In this document: piece by piece, positions 10,071 through 20,429 of the stretch
Position numbering within the stretch: the first letter of the stretch is position 1
Layout: each line of letters begins with the position of its first letter
Assembly (NCBI GenBank): GCA_963710995.1
Contig: CAVQCU010000056.1
Span: 432 to 64,431 of the forward strand
DNA from: an uncultured delta proteobacterium
Lineage (GTDB): Bacteria; Desulfobacterota; Syntrophia; Syntrophales; Smithellaceae
DNA: 64,000 nucleotides
Reading direction: 5' to 3'
Program-made: the position numbers and the translations under genes
The notes under the pieces: generated by a model
What the model was told of the DNA's origin: nothing
The model's database searches: none
The model's input: the letters and a program-made list of their open reading frames with translations, nothing else

Positions 10071-10133
10071 GTGATTATTACGTGAAATAGTTTATTTTCG
10101 TAGAGGTTAACAATTTGTACAGTACATGAAGAA
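10071..10133 (+). repeat. Cassette-boundary module, degenerate copy E
   Basis: GTGATTATTACGTGAAAT..ACATGAAGAAACTG gives only partial matches to box1 and box2, at the expected inter-cassette position. Confidence 0.3.
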
Positions 10134-10262
10134 ACTGTCATACTTATGATGAAGAGTATTTTTAAGAAAACATTGCATCTAACACCTACAAAGTCACAAC
10201 GGTAGGCTGTTGCTAGAATTGAGAATTACAATTTGTAATCTGTTTTAGAGCCTCCCATAAGA

Positions 10263-10544
10263 TCAACGACAATACCCCCTGCTTTTAAACAAGTCTAACC
10301 CTTTGCAGAATTTCATTGAGCAGGCTTTTTGTAGGTCATTACAGCACAGCTTATTGTCACCATGTTTAAAATGAGCAATTCCACGATTGTTATAGGCAAT
10401 GGCATTATTAGGTTGCAGTTTTATTGACTCATTAAAATCTTTGATGGCAAGTTGGTATTTACCGAGTTTGTTGTAAGTAATTCCCCTCCTATTATACGTG
10501 ACGACTGCATCCGGTTTCAGGCGAATGGCTTCGGTCGTATCCAT
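10263..10544 (-). CDS. TPR-repeat protein, probably an N-terminally truncated fragment
   Basis: Two to three TPR units (..YNRRGITYNKLGKYQLAIKDFNESIKLQPNNAIAYNNRGIAH..). The ORF begins in mid-repeat. Confidence 0.5.
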   Translation of the reverse strand: MDTTEAIRLKPDAVVTYNRRGITYNKLGKYQLAIKDFNESIKLQPNNAIAYNNRGIAHFKHGDNKLCCNDLQKACSMKFCKGLDLFKSRGYCR

Positions 10545-10764
10545 AGGATAAGATGTCTTAAGTCCTTTCGAGTTCTGCGCTCAAAGATTGAATTTGTGCT
10601 GATGGTCTCCGCACATTCAATAGGCAGTAATATCATTTCCTAGTTGTCATGGAAAAATTAATTGTAACCACACACCTCAAAAGATTATTCATCTCATTAT
10701 CTACGTTAAATTATAACTAAGATTTATTATTACTACAAGATTCTAATGAGATTTTTTGATATAA

Positions 10765-12276
10765 TTAAGCGTGGTCTTTACAAGCTGGAAGAATGAATTG
10801 CTCCTTCAGTGCCCTTGTACGCCGTTTCTGATAGTAACACTGAACCTTTGCCATTGCTCGAATAGCCTGTTCCGGGGATGAATAAGCCATGATCCCCATC
10901 GAGTCCAGATGCTTGACGATATTGCCTTCACCAACCATGTCAAAACCGACAAGGTCAATGACAGGTAAGATGGGTTTATTGAAGTGCTTTATCTGTCGAA
11001 TGATGAGATTCAGCAGTTCCATCTCATCGGCAATCATCTTTCGGGCAGGCTGCTCCATCAACTCGATCGGGAGAACAGGTGACGACATCCAGTTTCTTGC
11101 GCGGCTGGTCATGTACCCCAGGCCAAGAAGAAGAATGGCATCCATATCAGCATATTTCAACAATATTTCGATAGAATCCGTTATCATCGAAACCCTTCCC
11201 GGTGCGACCAGATCGACCGGGTTCCGTCTGCTCCAGAATGCTGGCAGGAATGCATCGAGCATGCTAACCACACGCTCATCCAGCGGCGGGATCTCCAACC
11301 CAGACATCTCACACAGGTCAGCAGATATCACGCCCCATCCACCCCCTAGCGTGACAATACAGATGCGTTTTCCAGTGAACTGTGGCTGTGACAACATGAG
11401 CCCGGCGATATCCACCATCTCATCCATGGTATCCACCAGAATTACATTGGCCTGGTGGCACATGGACTGAAACACCGCGAAGCTTCCTGCCATTGCTCCG
11501 GTATGAGACATGGCCGCGTCAGCGCCGCAGGTCCCAGTGCCTCCCTTGAGAAGTATGACGGGCTTGGCCGATGATATGCGCCGGATCGTTTCGATGAACC
11601 GGCGGCCCTGGCGAACTCCTTCGATATAGAGGCATATAACCCGTGTCTTTTCGTCCGTTTCTAAATATTCCAGGTAATCTTCAATCGTGAGGTCTGCCTC
11701 GTTGCCAGAGCTGATCAGGCGGCTGATGCCAATCTCACGACGGAGAAAACGGTATGAGATGGCGGTTCCCAGATTGCCGCTCTGGGATACCACGGCAACG
11801 GGTCCCTGCTTGAATGTCGCAGCGGTCATGACCGCCTGCATGCGTGACGGATATGCGCTGTAAACTCCCATGGTGTTCGGACCTACTATACGAATGCCTC
11901 CGGCGTGCGCGATAGAAAGGACCTCCTGTTCCAAAGCCTTCCCCTCTGCGTCCGTTTCGCCGAATCCTGCTGTGATGATCACGACGGCATGTATGTCTGC
12001 GTCAATGCATTCACGAAGCGTATTCGGAACTCTTTCTTTAGGAACGACTATGATGGCCAAGTCAATCGGCCGAGGGGCTTCGGCCAGGCTTTTATACATT
12101 GGCCTGCCAAACCATATTCCGCCTTGGGGATTTATCGGATATATGTTTCCGGTGTACCCTCCCTTTATGAGGTGATGGAGAATGTTAAATCCCCATTTGG
12201 TGGGATTTGTTGACGCACCAATAAACGCAATCGCCCGCGGTTCAAAAAGGGATGTATAGAATGATCTGTGATCCAT
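10765..12276 (-). CDS. ADP-forming acetyl/acyl-CoA synthetase-like protein (CoA-binding + SCS-like domains, no ATP-grasp domain)
   Basis: N-terminal CoA-binding fold (IAFIGAS..KWG..YPINP) and the phosphohistidine-loop-like MSHTGAMAG. Confidence 0.75.
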   Translation of the reverse strand: MDHRSFYTSLFEPRAIAFIGASTNPTKWGFNILHHLIKGGYTGNIYPINPQGGIWFGRPMYKSLAEAPRPIDLAIIVVPKERVPNTLRECIDADIHAVVIITAGFGETDAEGKALEQEVLSIAHAGGIRIVGPNTMGVYSAYPSRMQAVMTAATFKQGPVAVVSQSGNLGTAISYRFLRREIGISRLISSGNEADLTIEDYLEYLETDEKTRVICLYIEGVRQGRRFIETIRRISSAKPVILLKGGTGTCGADAAMSHTGAMAGSFAVFQSMCHQANVILVDTMDEMVDIAGLMLSQPQFTGKRICIVTLGGGWGVISADLCEMSGLEIPPLDERVVSMLDAFLPAFWSRRNPVDLVAPGRVSMITDSIEILLKYADMDAILLLGLGYMTSRARNWMSSPVLPIELMEQPARKMIADEMELLNLIIRQIKHFNKPILPVIDLVGFDMVGEGNIVKHLDSMGIMAYSSPEQAIRAMAKVQCYYQKRRTRALKEQFILPACKDHA

Positions 12277-12320
12277 AGCAGCTCCTTGTAATTGGTGCGA
12301 ACTTACTTTTCCGAGAAGGG

Positions 12321-12349
12321 AGTATAAGGAAAACGCATTTGTATGTCAA
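12321..12349 (-). promoter_or_regulatory. Sigma70-type promoter inside module F, reading into 10765-12276
   Basis: Minus strand reads TTGACA-17 nt-TATACT, about 40 nt upstream of the AAGGAG RBS. Confidence 0.6.
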
Positions 12350-12420
12350 TGAAGAACGAGCCACAAAACGTGGAGTGAGGTGTCGACTACTGTCGAGCAT
12401 GTATAGTGTTTATTACGGAT

Positions 12421-13117
12421 GTATGCCGTGTAAAACGTATGACTAGTCGGTTAAAGTCCGACCATGGAGTTCGGTAGTTCGCCCATGTAGCTTGAGGGAG
12501 GTGTTAAGGGTAAACTGAAGCACTAAGTTCTCTGACAAAGGCTCCGTAAGAGAGTCGAGCAAACCTGCGGGTCGCAGCGTGAGCGAACCTAGATGTAGCC
12601 TCGAAACACACGATGGAGTTGTCGACCCCGTAATGGAAGGGGGAAGACCGGAGCATCTATCATAACGATAACTACCAGAACCGATAGATGGACTTCCGGG
12701 GTAACAGGGGTGACACGCAGGAGCAGCCATACGACAATGAACACGGGAGACCCTTGTCGATGCTGTGGAAGCGGCAACTGGTGGATATAAGGGAACGAAA
12801 TTTTACCGGGTCGATAAGGGAGTCGGAGTTGCTCATAGTACCGCTTGTATTCCAAGGACAACATAACCTTGGGAGAGGGAAGGGGCAATACCTTCATCAT
12901 GCTTCTAAAGGAGTGAAGGAAAGGAGATTGTGGTAACGCTATTAACTCTGAATATTTCGAGAACTCAGGTGGAAGCTATACTGGAAGGCCAAGTGAAAGC
13001 GAAAGCTTCTGGAAGAAGATGATTGGAAAGCCGTATTCGGGAAAACCGAACGTCCGGTTTGATGAGGGGGAGCTGGAGATAGAACCATTTGGCAACTACG
13101 CCAACTTTCTATTCTAC
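12421..13117 (+). mobile_element. ORF-less group II intron, copy 1 (~697 nt)
   Basis: Canonical domain V at 13028-13060 (AAGCCGTATTCGG-GAAA-ACCGAACGTCCGGTTT). A DVI-like region ends ..CTAC. Boundaries were inferred from uninterrupted modules. No reverse-transcriptase ORF is present. Confidence 0.75.
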
Positions 13118-13735
13118 TGTAAGAAAGCATACTTGACAATATTGATTTATTTGTTTCAGGAAGAAGTGCTTACTGAGTTTACGTACAAGTCCGCACATTT
13201 GCAATGAGATGGATATTAATGATTATGGAAAGAAAGGTTGAAAAACCAATTTGGAGTAAAGTATAGTTTAAGAGAATATAGTATTTCCACAACTGTCGCA
13301 CGTCTGTTCAAATCAACTTTTATCGTATCTAAAGGCATCCTCCAGAGAGCTTGTCATTTAATCGCCTCGCTAATTTGCAATAATGAACATCAATTGTCTG
13401 CCTGCTGTCAGGCACCGGAGGAAATATAGGAATAGCGAGATATTGCGGACGATGTCAATTAATTAGAAGTTTCTTACATTATTCTCATTCCATATAAAAC
13501 TGCCGCATGTACATCCCCAAGCAGTTTCCGTAAAGATGACCTTCCGCCATCAGACAAACACCGATGGCAATCCCGCCTTTTGCCTGAAGGCAGTTTCATC
13601 TTTTCCCCGACGAAAGAATCAGACGCAGACTGATTGTGGAAAAAAGCGATAGGGATTATATTACTCTCGAACAAGATGAAAAAAGAAATGGAGACAGTGC
13701 GTCTCCTATAATGACATGACATAAGGAGCAAGATT

Positions 13736-14116
13736 ATGAAAGAAGACAAGAAACAAATTTGTTCGGTTTGCGGAAAAGAGCAAGCGAAAACGGAATGTGA
13801 CAATTGTGGAACGGTAATATGCGGGGAATGCTGCAAACTGGAGATTTGGGGCACCGGCGCCGAAGACCTGAGCGCCCGCTATTTCTGTCCTGCCTGTAAA
13901 GATAATCCGGACGTTAATCCATGGGGAGCTTACAGCAACGTATCCGAAGGCGCGGAAAAACAGGAACAAGTCATCAGGAAGGCGGAAGGCAAAAATATCC
14001 GAGCTGCCGGGAGCAAACGCTTATCCGGTCAGAAAAAAAGGCAAGCGGGATACGGACATTATACAAACACGTATTTGCCTGCGGGAAATGGCATGCACGC
14101 ATCTGCCCACAAATAA
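13736..14116 (+). CDS. Small zinc-ribbon protein with a basic C-terminal tail
   Basis: CxxC pairs (CSVCG..CDNCG..CGECC..CPAC) and a good AAGGAG RBS. Confidence 0.5.
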   Translation: MKEDKKQICSVCGKEQAKTECDNCGTVICGECCKLEIWGTGAEDLSARYFCPACKDNPDVNPWGAYSNVSEGAEKQEQVIRKAEGKNIRAAGSKRLSGQKKRQAGYGHYTNTYLPAGNGMHASAHK

Positions 14117-14301
14117 TGGACAGATAGGCGCATACTTCCGCGCATCACGAAATACAGATTGCATAGGGACAAGGGAAACATATTGCCCCATCGACATCAG
14201 GTTGAAATCCGGCGCATCGTAAGTCCGGATGTAAACTCGGATGGAAGGGCCGAACATGGCAGTCCCTCATCGTTCCTCATGTGCAAAAGGAGTCAATACA
14301 A

Positions 14302-15252
14302 ATGGACGGAATCAAGAAAGTTGCGGTCATCGGTACCGGTGTCATCGGCTCAGCTTGGGTTTCTCTCTTTGCCCAGAAGGGGTACGAAGTGACCGGGTAT
14401 TCGAGACGACCCGAAACCAGAGATAAAGGATACCGGCAGGTCTGTTCCAATCTCGATTTTTTTGTCGGGAAAGGGATACTGACTATTCAAGACCGAGATC
14501 AGGCTCTAGAGCGGGTCAAATTCGTTCCAGAAGTCGCCGATGCAGTTAGCGATGCGGACTTCATTGAAGAGTGTTCCGGTGAAACCTACGCCATCAAAAA
14601 ACCCATCTTCCAAGAAATGGACCGCTTTGCGCCACCGACAGCCATCATTGGCAGCAGTTCCTCCGGTTTGAGCATGACGGAGATTCAGCAGGCCGTTGTG
14701 TACAAGGAGCGTTGCGTCATTACCCATCCTTGGAATCCACCCCATCTCATCCCTCTTATAGAAATTGTCCCCGGCAAGTTCACATCGCCAGCAACAGTCG
14801 AGACGAGCATCAAATTCATGGAGCATCTGGGAAAAATTCCGGTTCTTGTAAAAAAGGAAGTTCCCGGATTCATCGGCAACCGACTGGCTGTTGCCCTCTG
14901 GCGTGAGGCGATCGATTTGGTGGAAAATGGTGTTGCCAGCGTCGAAGACGTGGACAAGGCACTGTATGCCGGCCCCGGTCTGCGGTATGCTCTCATGGGA
15001 TCACACATGATTTATCATCTCGGCGGCGGTGAGGACGGTGGCGTAGGCCACTTCATCGACGGTATCGGCAATACGACCTTCAAGGCTATCTGGGAAGAGC
15101 TGACCACCTGGAATTACATCACGGAACCCATGAAGGAAAAACTCATCGATGGTATCGCGGAAGAGATGAAAGGCCGCAGTTTTCAGGATTGTGTAAAGTG
15201 GCGTGATGACAAGCTTTTTGAACTTATAAAACTCATCTATGGAGGAAAGTAG
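14302..15252 (+). CDS. 3-hydroxyacyl-CoA dehydrogenase family protein, L-carnitine-dehydrogenase (LcdH)-like
   Basis: Rossmann motif [19 protein letters not shown], and a C-terminal LcdH-type extension. The start is set at the ATG after AAGGAG. Confidence 0.7.
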   Translation: MDGIKKVAVIGTGVIGSAWVSLFAQKGYEVTGYSRRPETRDKGYRQVCSNLDFFVGKGILTIQDRDQALERVKFVPEVADAVSDADFIEECSGETYAIKKPIFQEMDRFAPPTAIIGSSSSGLSMTEIQQAVVYKERCVITHPWNPPHLIPLIEIVPGKFTSPATVETSIKFMEHLGKIPVLVKKEVPGFIGNRLAVALWREAIDLVENGVASVEDVDKALYAGPGLRYALMGSHMIYHLGGGEDGGVGHFIDGIGNTTFKAIWEELTTWNYITEPMKEKLIDGIAEEMKGRSFQDCVKWRDDKLFELIKLIYGGK

Positions 15253-15253
15253 T

Positions 15254-16834
15254 ATGTCCGGCAAGATTATGAGTGTTAAGGACGCATTAAGGCTTATCAG
15301 AGACGGCGACACGGTGGCTATCGGCGGTTTTGTGGGCAATGCCCATCCCGAAGAACTGACATCGGAACTGGAAAAGATTTTTCTTGATACCGGCCGTCCA
15401 AAAAATCTCACCATCGTCGGGGCTGCCGGACAGGGAGACGGTAAAGAGAAAGGCCTCAACCATCTGGCTCATGAAGGCCTGATCAAGCGGGTTATTGAGG
15501 GATACTGGAATCTGGCTCCCAAGCTCGGCCGCATGGCGTTGGAAAATAAAATTGAGGCTTACAACTTTCCCCAGGGCGCTATTTCCTGTCTGTTTCGGGA
15601 AATCGCGGGGGGCCGCCTCGGCTTTATTACCCATACGGGACTCAAGACGTTTGCCGATCCCCGTTTTAACGGCGGGAAGGTGAATGCGCGCACAACGGAA
15701 GATTTGGTGGAGCTCATCAAAATTAACGGCAAGGAAAGGCTTTTTTACAAAGCTTTCCCGATCAATGTTGCCCTGGTACGCGGTACAACGGCTGATTTAC
15801 AGGGAAACATTTGCATGGAAAAAGAGAGCGCTTCGCTGGAGATGTTGTCCATGGCGCAGGCCGCTAAGAATTCCGGTGGCATTGTTATCGCTCAGGTGGA
15901 AAGAATCTCCGAAAATGGCAGGTTCCGGCCCATGGACGTGAAAATTCCGGGCATCTTTGTTGACGCCGTCGTTATCGCCAAACCGGAAAACCACTGGCAG
16001 ACATTTCTTGAAACCTATAATCCCGCTTACTCCGGCGAGATGTACGTTCCCGTCTCGCAAATTGAACCTATGGCCTTAACGACGCGGAAAATCATCAGCC
16101 GCCGGGCGGCCATGGAGCTCGTTCCCCAGGCGATCATTAATCTGGGCATCGGTATGGCCGACGGCATCGCCGCCGTGGCCGCTGAGGAAAACATGCACGA
16201 TCTATTCACTCTCACGGTCGAATCTGGACCAATAGGCGGCATACCCGCCATGGGCCTCAGTTTCGGCGCATCGTCCAATCCCCAGGCCATTATCGACGGA
16301 CCGTACATGTTCGATTTCTACGATGGAGGTGGTCTGGATATGGCCTTTCTGGGCATGGCCCAAGCTGACCAAAAAGGCAATCTAAATGTCAGCCGTTTTG
16401 GCACGCGGCTGGCCGGATGTGGCGGATTCATCAATATTACCCAGAACGCCAAGATGGTGATCTTCATCGGCACACTTACTGTTGGAGCAGAGATTGTCGT
16501 GAAAAACGGACAAATGACTGTTGTCCGGGAAGGCCGAGACAAAAAACTCATCGAACACGTGGAGCAGATAACCTTCAGCGGGGATTATGCCCGCGAAATG
16601 GGTCAAAGGGTCATGTACATCACGGAACGTGCCGTTTTCGAACTACGTAAGGAAGGCATGACCCTTATTGAGACGGCACCAGGGATCGATCTGCAAAAAG
16701 ATATCCTTGACCAGATGGATTTTAAGCCCCATATTGCTCCTGATCTGCGGCCCATGGATCAGAGGATTTTCTTCGAAGGCCCAATGGGAATCCGGAATGA
16801 AATCGCAAGCAGGAAAAAACAAAGTCTTTCATAA
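15254..16834 (+). CDS. Family I acyl-CoA:acetate/3-ketoacid CoA-transferase (single-chain, YdiF-like)
   Basis: ~526 aa with fused alpha/beta halves. Motifs [10 protein letters not shown] and ..ESGPIGG.. fit the catalytic-Glu region. Confidence 0.75.
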   Translation: MSGKIMSVKDALRLIRDGDTVAIGGFVGNAHPEELTSELEKIFLDTGRPKNLTIVGAAGQGDGKEKGLNHLAHEGLIKRVIEGYWNLAPKLGRMALENKIEAYNFPQGAISCLFREIAGGRLGFITHTGLKTFADPRFNGGKVNARTTEDLVELIKINGKERLFYKAFPINVALVRGTTADLQGNICMEKESASLEMLSMAQAAKNSGGIVIAQVERISENGRFRPMDVKIPGIFVDAVVIAKPENHWQTFLETYNPAYSGEMYVPVSQIEPMALTTRKIISRRAAMELVPQAIINLGIGMADGIAAVAAEENMHDLFTLTVESGPIGGIPAMGLSFGASSNPQAIIDGPYMFDFYDGGGLDMAFLGMAQADQKGNLNVSRFGTRLAGCGGFINITQNAKMVIFIGTLTVGAEIVVKNGQMTVVREGRDKKLIEHVEQITFSGDYAREMGQRVMYITERAVFELRKEGMTLIETAPGIDLQKDILDQMDFKPHIAPDLRPMDQRIFFEGPMGIRNEIASRKKQSLS

Positions 16835-16846
16835 GGAGATAGAAAA

Positions 16847-17857
16847 ATGATTGCGGATAAAGCAGTGCAAAGCCTGGGGCCGCTGTTTACGAATCCAGAC
16901 CCGGACGAGGCGCGAAAATACTTCCATTCGAAATCCCGGACGAAGGCGGGCAAGCTCATGAGCCTTAGGCAGGCCGTAGAGCGCTTCGTTCACGACGGAG
17001 ATTATCTGGCTCTCGGTGGATTTGGCACCAATCGCACTCCAGTTGCCGCCTGCCAGGAAATCGTGCGCCAGGAACGGAAAAATATGGGATTTGCAGGGCA
17101 TACTTCGACCCATGATTTCCAGATACTCGCGGCCGGAGAGGTTTTTGACCGAGTGGACATTGCCTATATCATCGGTTTGGAGACTCGAGGAATGAGCCCT
17201 TGCGCCCGGGCTTACATGGAAAGCGGGCGAGTAAAAATTTGTGAATGGTCCAACTTCAGTCTGGCGGCGCGCCTCAAGGCGGCAGCCATGGGGATACCTT
17301 TTCTCCCGACGCGAAACATGCTGGGTACAGATACATTTCGATATTCGGCGGGCAAAATTATGACATGTCCGTTCACGGAAAAGACGCTGGCTCTGCAGCC
17401 GGCGTTATATCCCGATGTGTCTGTCATTCACGTTCATGAGGCGGATATCCATGGAAACTGCCGGATACAGGGAATCCTGATTTCCGACGATGATCTGGCC
17501 CGGGCAAGCAAAAAACTGATTATCACAACAGAACGTCTCATCCATAACGATGAGATCAGGAACGATCCGGCTAAAACGGTGATTCCCTATTATCTCGTTG
17601 ATGCAGTCTGCGAGGTTCCCTACGGGGCTTATCCTACAGGGATGCCTTATGAGTATTATTCAGATGAAAAACACCTGAAGGAATGGCTGACGGTGCAGAA
17701 AGATTCAACCGCTTTCACGTCATTTATGAAGCATAACATCCATGATTGTCCCGATCATGCAGCCTACATCGAACGCAACGGCGGCATCGACAGAATCAAG
17801 GAGCTGAGAGCTAAAGAATTGATGCTTCATAAGGAGGAAAACCATGCAGAATTATAA
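16847..17857 (+). CDS. CoA-transferase subunit A (glutaconate/dehydrocarnitine CoA-transferase-like)
   Basis: GDYLALGGFGTNRTP motif. The 3' end overlaps the start of the subunit B gene, suggesting translational coupling. Confidence 0.7.
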   Translation: MIADKAVQSLGPLFTNPDPDEARKYFHSKSRTKAGKLMSLRQAVERFVHDGDYLALGGFGTNRTPVAACQEIVRQERKNMGFAGHTSTHDFQILAAGEVFDRVDIAYIIGLETRGMSPCARAYMESGRVKICEWSNFSLAARLKAAAMGIPFLPTRNMLGTDTFRYSAGKIMTCPFTEKTLALQPALYPDVSVIHVHEADIHGNCRIQGILISDDDLARASKKLIITTERLIHNDEIRNDPAKTVIPYYLVDAVCEVPYGAYPTGMPYEYYSDEKHLKEWLTVQKDSTAFTSFMKHNIHDCPDHAAYIERNGGIDRIKELRAKELMLHKEENHAEL

Positions 17858-18614
17858 TATCATAGAGCTGATGATATGCGTCGCGGCGCGCGAACTCGGC
17901 AATGGCCACACAGCTGGAATCGGTACGGGAGCGCCTTGCGCCGCCGCTCTGCTGGCTCAGAAAACACTCGCGCCACATCTGGTGATTATGTTCGAATCAG
18001 GCGGTGTCGATCCCATTCTTCCCGAACTGCCGATTTCCGTCGGTGATTCCCGCACCTTCCACCGGGCCGTCATGGCCGGCAGCATGTTCGAGATCATGCA
18101 GACATGTAGTCGGGGAATGGTTGATTACGCGATTCTGGGCGGCGCCCAGATCGATATGTATGGGAATATAAACTCCACCATGCTGGGGAAAGATTACCTC
18201 AAGCCAGCGGTTCGTCTGCCGGGCAGCGGTGGTTCAAACGACTTTGCTTCCCTGTGCTGGCGCACGATCATCATGTCCGTACAGGAAAAAAAACGGCTGG
18301 TCAGCAAACTGGATTTCATTACAGCACCGGGATGGTTGGAAGGGGGAGACTCACGGGCGCAATCGGGATTGCCACTGGACACCGGACCTTATCGGGTCAT
18401 CACCAATATGGCCGTCATGGATTTCGAACCGGAAAGCAAATGGATGAGGGTCATATCCATCAATCCGGGCTATACGTTCGACGACATTCAGAGCAACTGT
18501 GAATTCGAATTGCTCAAGGCTCCCAGGATCTTTACCACTAAGCCCCCAACGGCGATGGAATTGAGAATCCTGCGGGATGAAATCGATCCGAACCGTCAAA
18601 TCATCGGCCGTTGA
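17844..18614 (+). CDS. CoA-transferase subunit B
   Basis: The FESGGV motif fits the catalytic Glu of family I transferases. The start overlaps the end of subunit A. Confidence 0.7.
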   Translation: MQNYNIIELMICVAARELGNGHTAGIGTGAPCAAALLAQKTLAPHLVIMFESGGVDPILPELPISVGDSRTFHRAVMAGSMFEIMQTCSRGMVDYAILGGAQIDMYGNINSTMLGKDYLKPAVRLPGSGGSNDFASLCWRTIIMSVQEKKRLVSKLDFITAPGWLEGGDSRAQSGLPLDTGPYRVITNMAVMDFEPESKWMRVISINPGYTFDDIQSNCEFELLKAPRIFTTKPPTAMELRILRDEIDPNRQIIGR

Positions 18615-18622
18615 GTTGCCGA

Positions 18623-19267
18623 TCACTCCACAAGCTTGTTCTGGACTGCGTACAGGGTGATTTCAGCGTTGTTTTTCATCTTCATTTTTTCCAAAATGTG
18701 GGTACGGTAGGTGCTGATGGTCTTCACGCTCAGGTTTAGGCTCTCGGCAATTTCCGAAACGGTCTTACCCGACGCAATCAGCCGCATGACTTGATGTTCC
18801 CGATCGGACAGAGTTTCATGGGGAGATTTCGTCATGTCCACATTGAGATAGGTGGCCAGTTTTTCTGCCAGGGATGCGCTGATGTAGCGCCCGCCTGCGG
18901 AAATTTTCCTAATGGCCGAAATCAGTTCGTGAGGCGCGCTTTCTTTTGTCAGATAACCTGCGGCACCGGCCTTCAATGCCCTGATGGCGTACTGTTCTTC
19001 GGGATAAATGCTGAGAATGAGAACGGGAAGTTTGGGATAGTCCGTTTTCAACTCCTTGAGAATTTCCAGGCCGTTTTTCCCGGGCATGGATATATCCAGG
19101 AGCACGACATCGTATTTTTTCTTTTTGAGGTGCTCGAGTACTTCCTGTCCGTTTCCCGCTTCATCCGCGACAACCAGATCCGGTGTTTCCGAAAGAACCT
19201 GTTTGAATCCGGCGCGGACAATGGGATGGTCGTCAGCAATGAGAATTCTGATCTTTTTTTCTGTCAT
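18623..19267 (-). CDS. NarL/FixJ-family response regulator (REC + LuxR HTH)
   Basis: ILIADDHPIVR..VLLDISMPG receiver region and a C-terminal LSDREHQVMRLIASGKTVSEIAESLNLSVKTISTYR. Confidence 0.9.
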   Translation of the reverse strand: MTEKKIRILIADDHPIVRAGFKQVLSETPDLVVADEAGNGQEVLEHLKKKKYDVVLLDISMPGKNGLEILKELKTDYPKLPVLILSIYPEEQYAIRALKAGAAGYLTKESAPHELISAIRKISAGGRYISASLAEKLATYLNVDMTKSPHETLSDREHQVMRLIASGKTVSEIAESLNLSVKTISTYRTHILEKMKMKNNAEITLYAVQNKLVE

Positions 19268-20394
19268 AATGTTTCTCCTGTCTTCCGCAAAGGAATGTTG
19301 ATCGTTATGGTAGTGCCTTTACCGATTTTTCCGACGATGGCCTCCCGGCCGCCCCAATGATAGACTCGTTCCTGAATACCCAGCAGACCGAACGAATCTG
19401 GCTTTCTCAACTGATGGTCCGCTATGCCCTTTCCGTTATCCTTGACAATAAATTTGAGGTGGTCATCCGTTGCCTTCAGGCGAACAGTCACTTTCGTGGC
19501 TTTGGCGTGACGCTGCACGTTTGTAAGTGTTTCCTGGAAAATACGAAATATGGTCGTAGTCAGATCCGGATCGATAGCCATATCTTCCGGGTTGAAGGAT
19601 ACGTTGCACGTAATGCCTGTCCGCCTGGAAAACTCATCGGCCTGCCAGGCGATGGCCGCCGTCAGTCCGAGATGATCTAGCATGCCGGGCCGCAACCCCA
19701 TATAAATCCTTTTAACGGTCTGCATGGACAGATCGACGAGGGAAGACATACTCTCCACTCTGTCCGATAGGATCTTCTGTTCCGCGGGGATCTTGTTTTT
19801 CAGCAGGATGAGATCCGTATTCAACGCCGTCAGTAGCTGTCCCAACTCATCGTGAAGCTCACGGGCGATGCGGGTTCTTTCCTTTTCGCGGATTGATTGA
19901 AGATGCGCCGATAATTGGCGCAGTTGATGTCGAGACAGTTCCAGTTCGCATGCGGCCCGCTTCCTGTCAGTAATATTTTCATAGGTGATGACCACCCGCC
20001 TCTCTTTCAATTGCTTGCCGATTCGAGCGGCGCGGATCATGCATTCGATCTCCATACCGTCCTTGCGCAGGCAGGGAAACTCCATGCTGGCGATGGGTTG
20101 CTTCTCCAGAATGGAATAAAGCTGACCGGCTATTCTTATGTAGTCCTTTTCAGTTCGATACAGCAGACGGGTAGTCCGGCCGATCAGTTCATTGGACGTC
20201 CAGCCAAATACGGTCTTTACGCCATCGTTGACAAAGATAATCCGTCGATCCTGAAGACCGATGACGGCGTGGGGTATGGCCTCCAAGATCGATGCTTCCA
20301 GAGCTTCCATCTCGGCGACCTTGTTGCGTGCCTGAATCAACTCCTTATTATCCATGTATTTTTTTGATTTTTTGATAAGGGATTGCTTTTTCAC
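19264..20394 (-). CDS. PAS sensor histidine kinase (HisKA_3 type)
   Basis: PAS region, then the ARELHDELGQ H-box and HATPase motifs. The 3' end overlaps the start of the response-regulator gene by 4 nt. Confidence 0.85.
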   Translation of the reverse strand: MKKQSLIKKSKKYMDNKELIQARNKVAEMEALEASILEAIPHAVIGLQDRRIIFVNDGVKTVFGWTSNELIGRTTRLLYRTEKDYIRIAGQLYSILEKQPIASMEFPCLRKDGMEIECMIRAARIGKQLKERRVVITYENITDRKRAACELELSRHQLRQLSAHLQSIREKERTRIARELHDELGQLLTALNTDLILLKNKIPAEQKILSDRVESMSSLVDLSMQTVKRIYMGLRPGMLDHLGLTAAIAWQADEFSRRTGITCNVSFNPEDMAIDPDLTTTIFRIFQETLTNVQRHAKATKVTVRLKATDDHLKFIVKDNGKGIADHQLRKPDSFGLLGIQERVYHWGGREAIVGKIGKGTTITINIPLRKTGETL

Positions 20395-20400
20395 GATGGG

Positions 20401-20429
20401 AGTATACGAAGAATGATTTTGCGTGTCAA
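20401..20429 (-). promoter_or_regulatory. Sigma70-type promoter placed for a leaderless kinase mRNA
   Basis: Minus strand reads TTGACA-17 nt-TATACT-CCCATC-GTG, where GTG is the ORF start at 20394. Confidence 0.55.

Larger units (their letters stand above)
12321..13163 (+). repeat. Cassette-boundary module copy F, split by a group II intron
   Basis: Promoter part and ..GTGTTTATTACGGAT end at 12420. The module resumes at 13118 with TGTAAGAAAGCATAC..TTTCAGGAAG. Confidence 0.8.

Noticed and set aside
10889-11470. Long antisense or alternative-frame ORFs inside well-supported genes (for example 10889-11470, 14685-15008, 33826-34416, 40842-41375, 45535-45942, 60170-60892, 61498-61920).
   Set aside because: Each lies entirely within a gene that has strong family motifs on the other strand or frame. 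Their translations are Arg/Ser/Pro-rich and low-complexity, as expected for shadow ORFs in moderately GC-rich coding DNA.
12589-12900. Conserved 103-aa ORF (also at 54783-55094) and a 95-aa ORF inside the repeated 700-nt element, considered as possible protein genes.
   Set aside because: They lie antisense within the group II intron RNA. They are conserved only because the ribozyme is. They have no RBS, are low-complexity and Pro/Leu/Arg-rich, and show no RT or maturase motifs.
13474-13969. Minus-strand ORFs 13474-13854 and 13706-13969 in the long non-coding stretch after module F.
   Set aside because: They overlap the better-supported plus-strand zinc-ribbon gene (AAGGAG RBS, CxxC pairs). 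They have no motifs or RBS.
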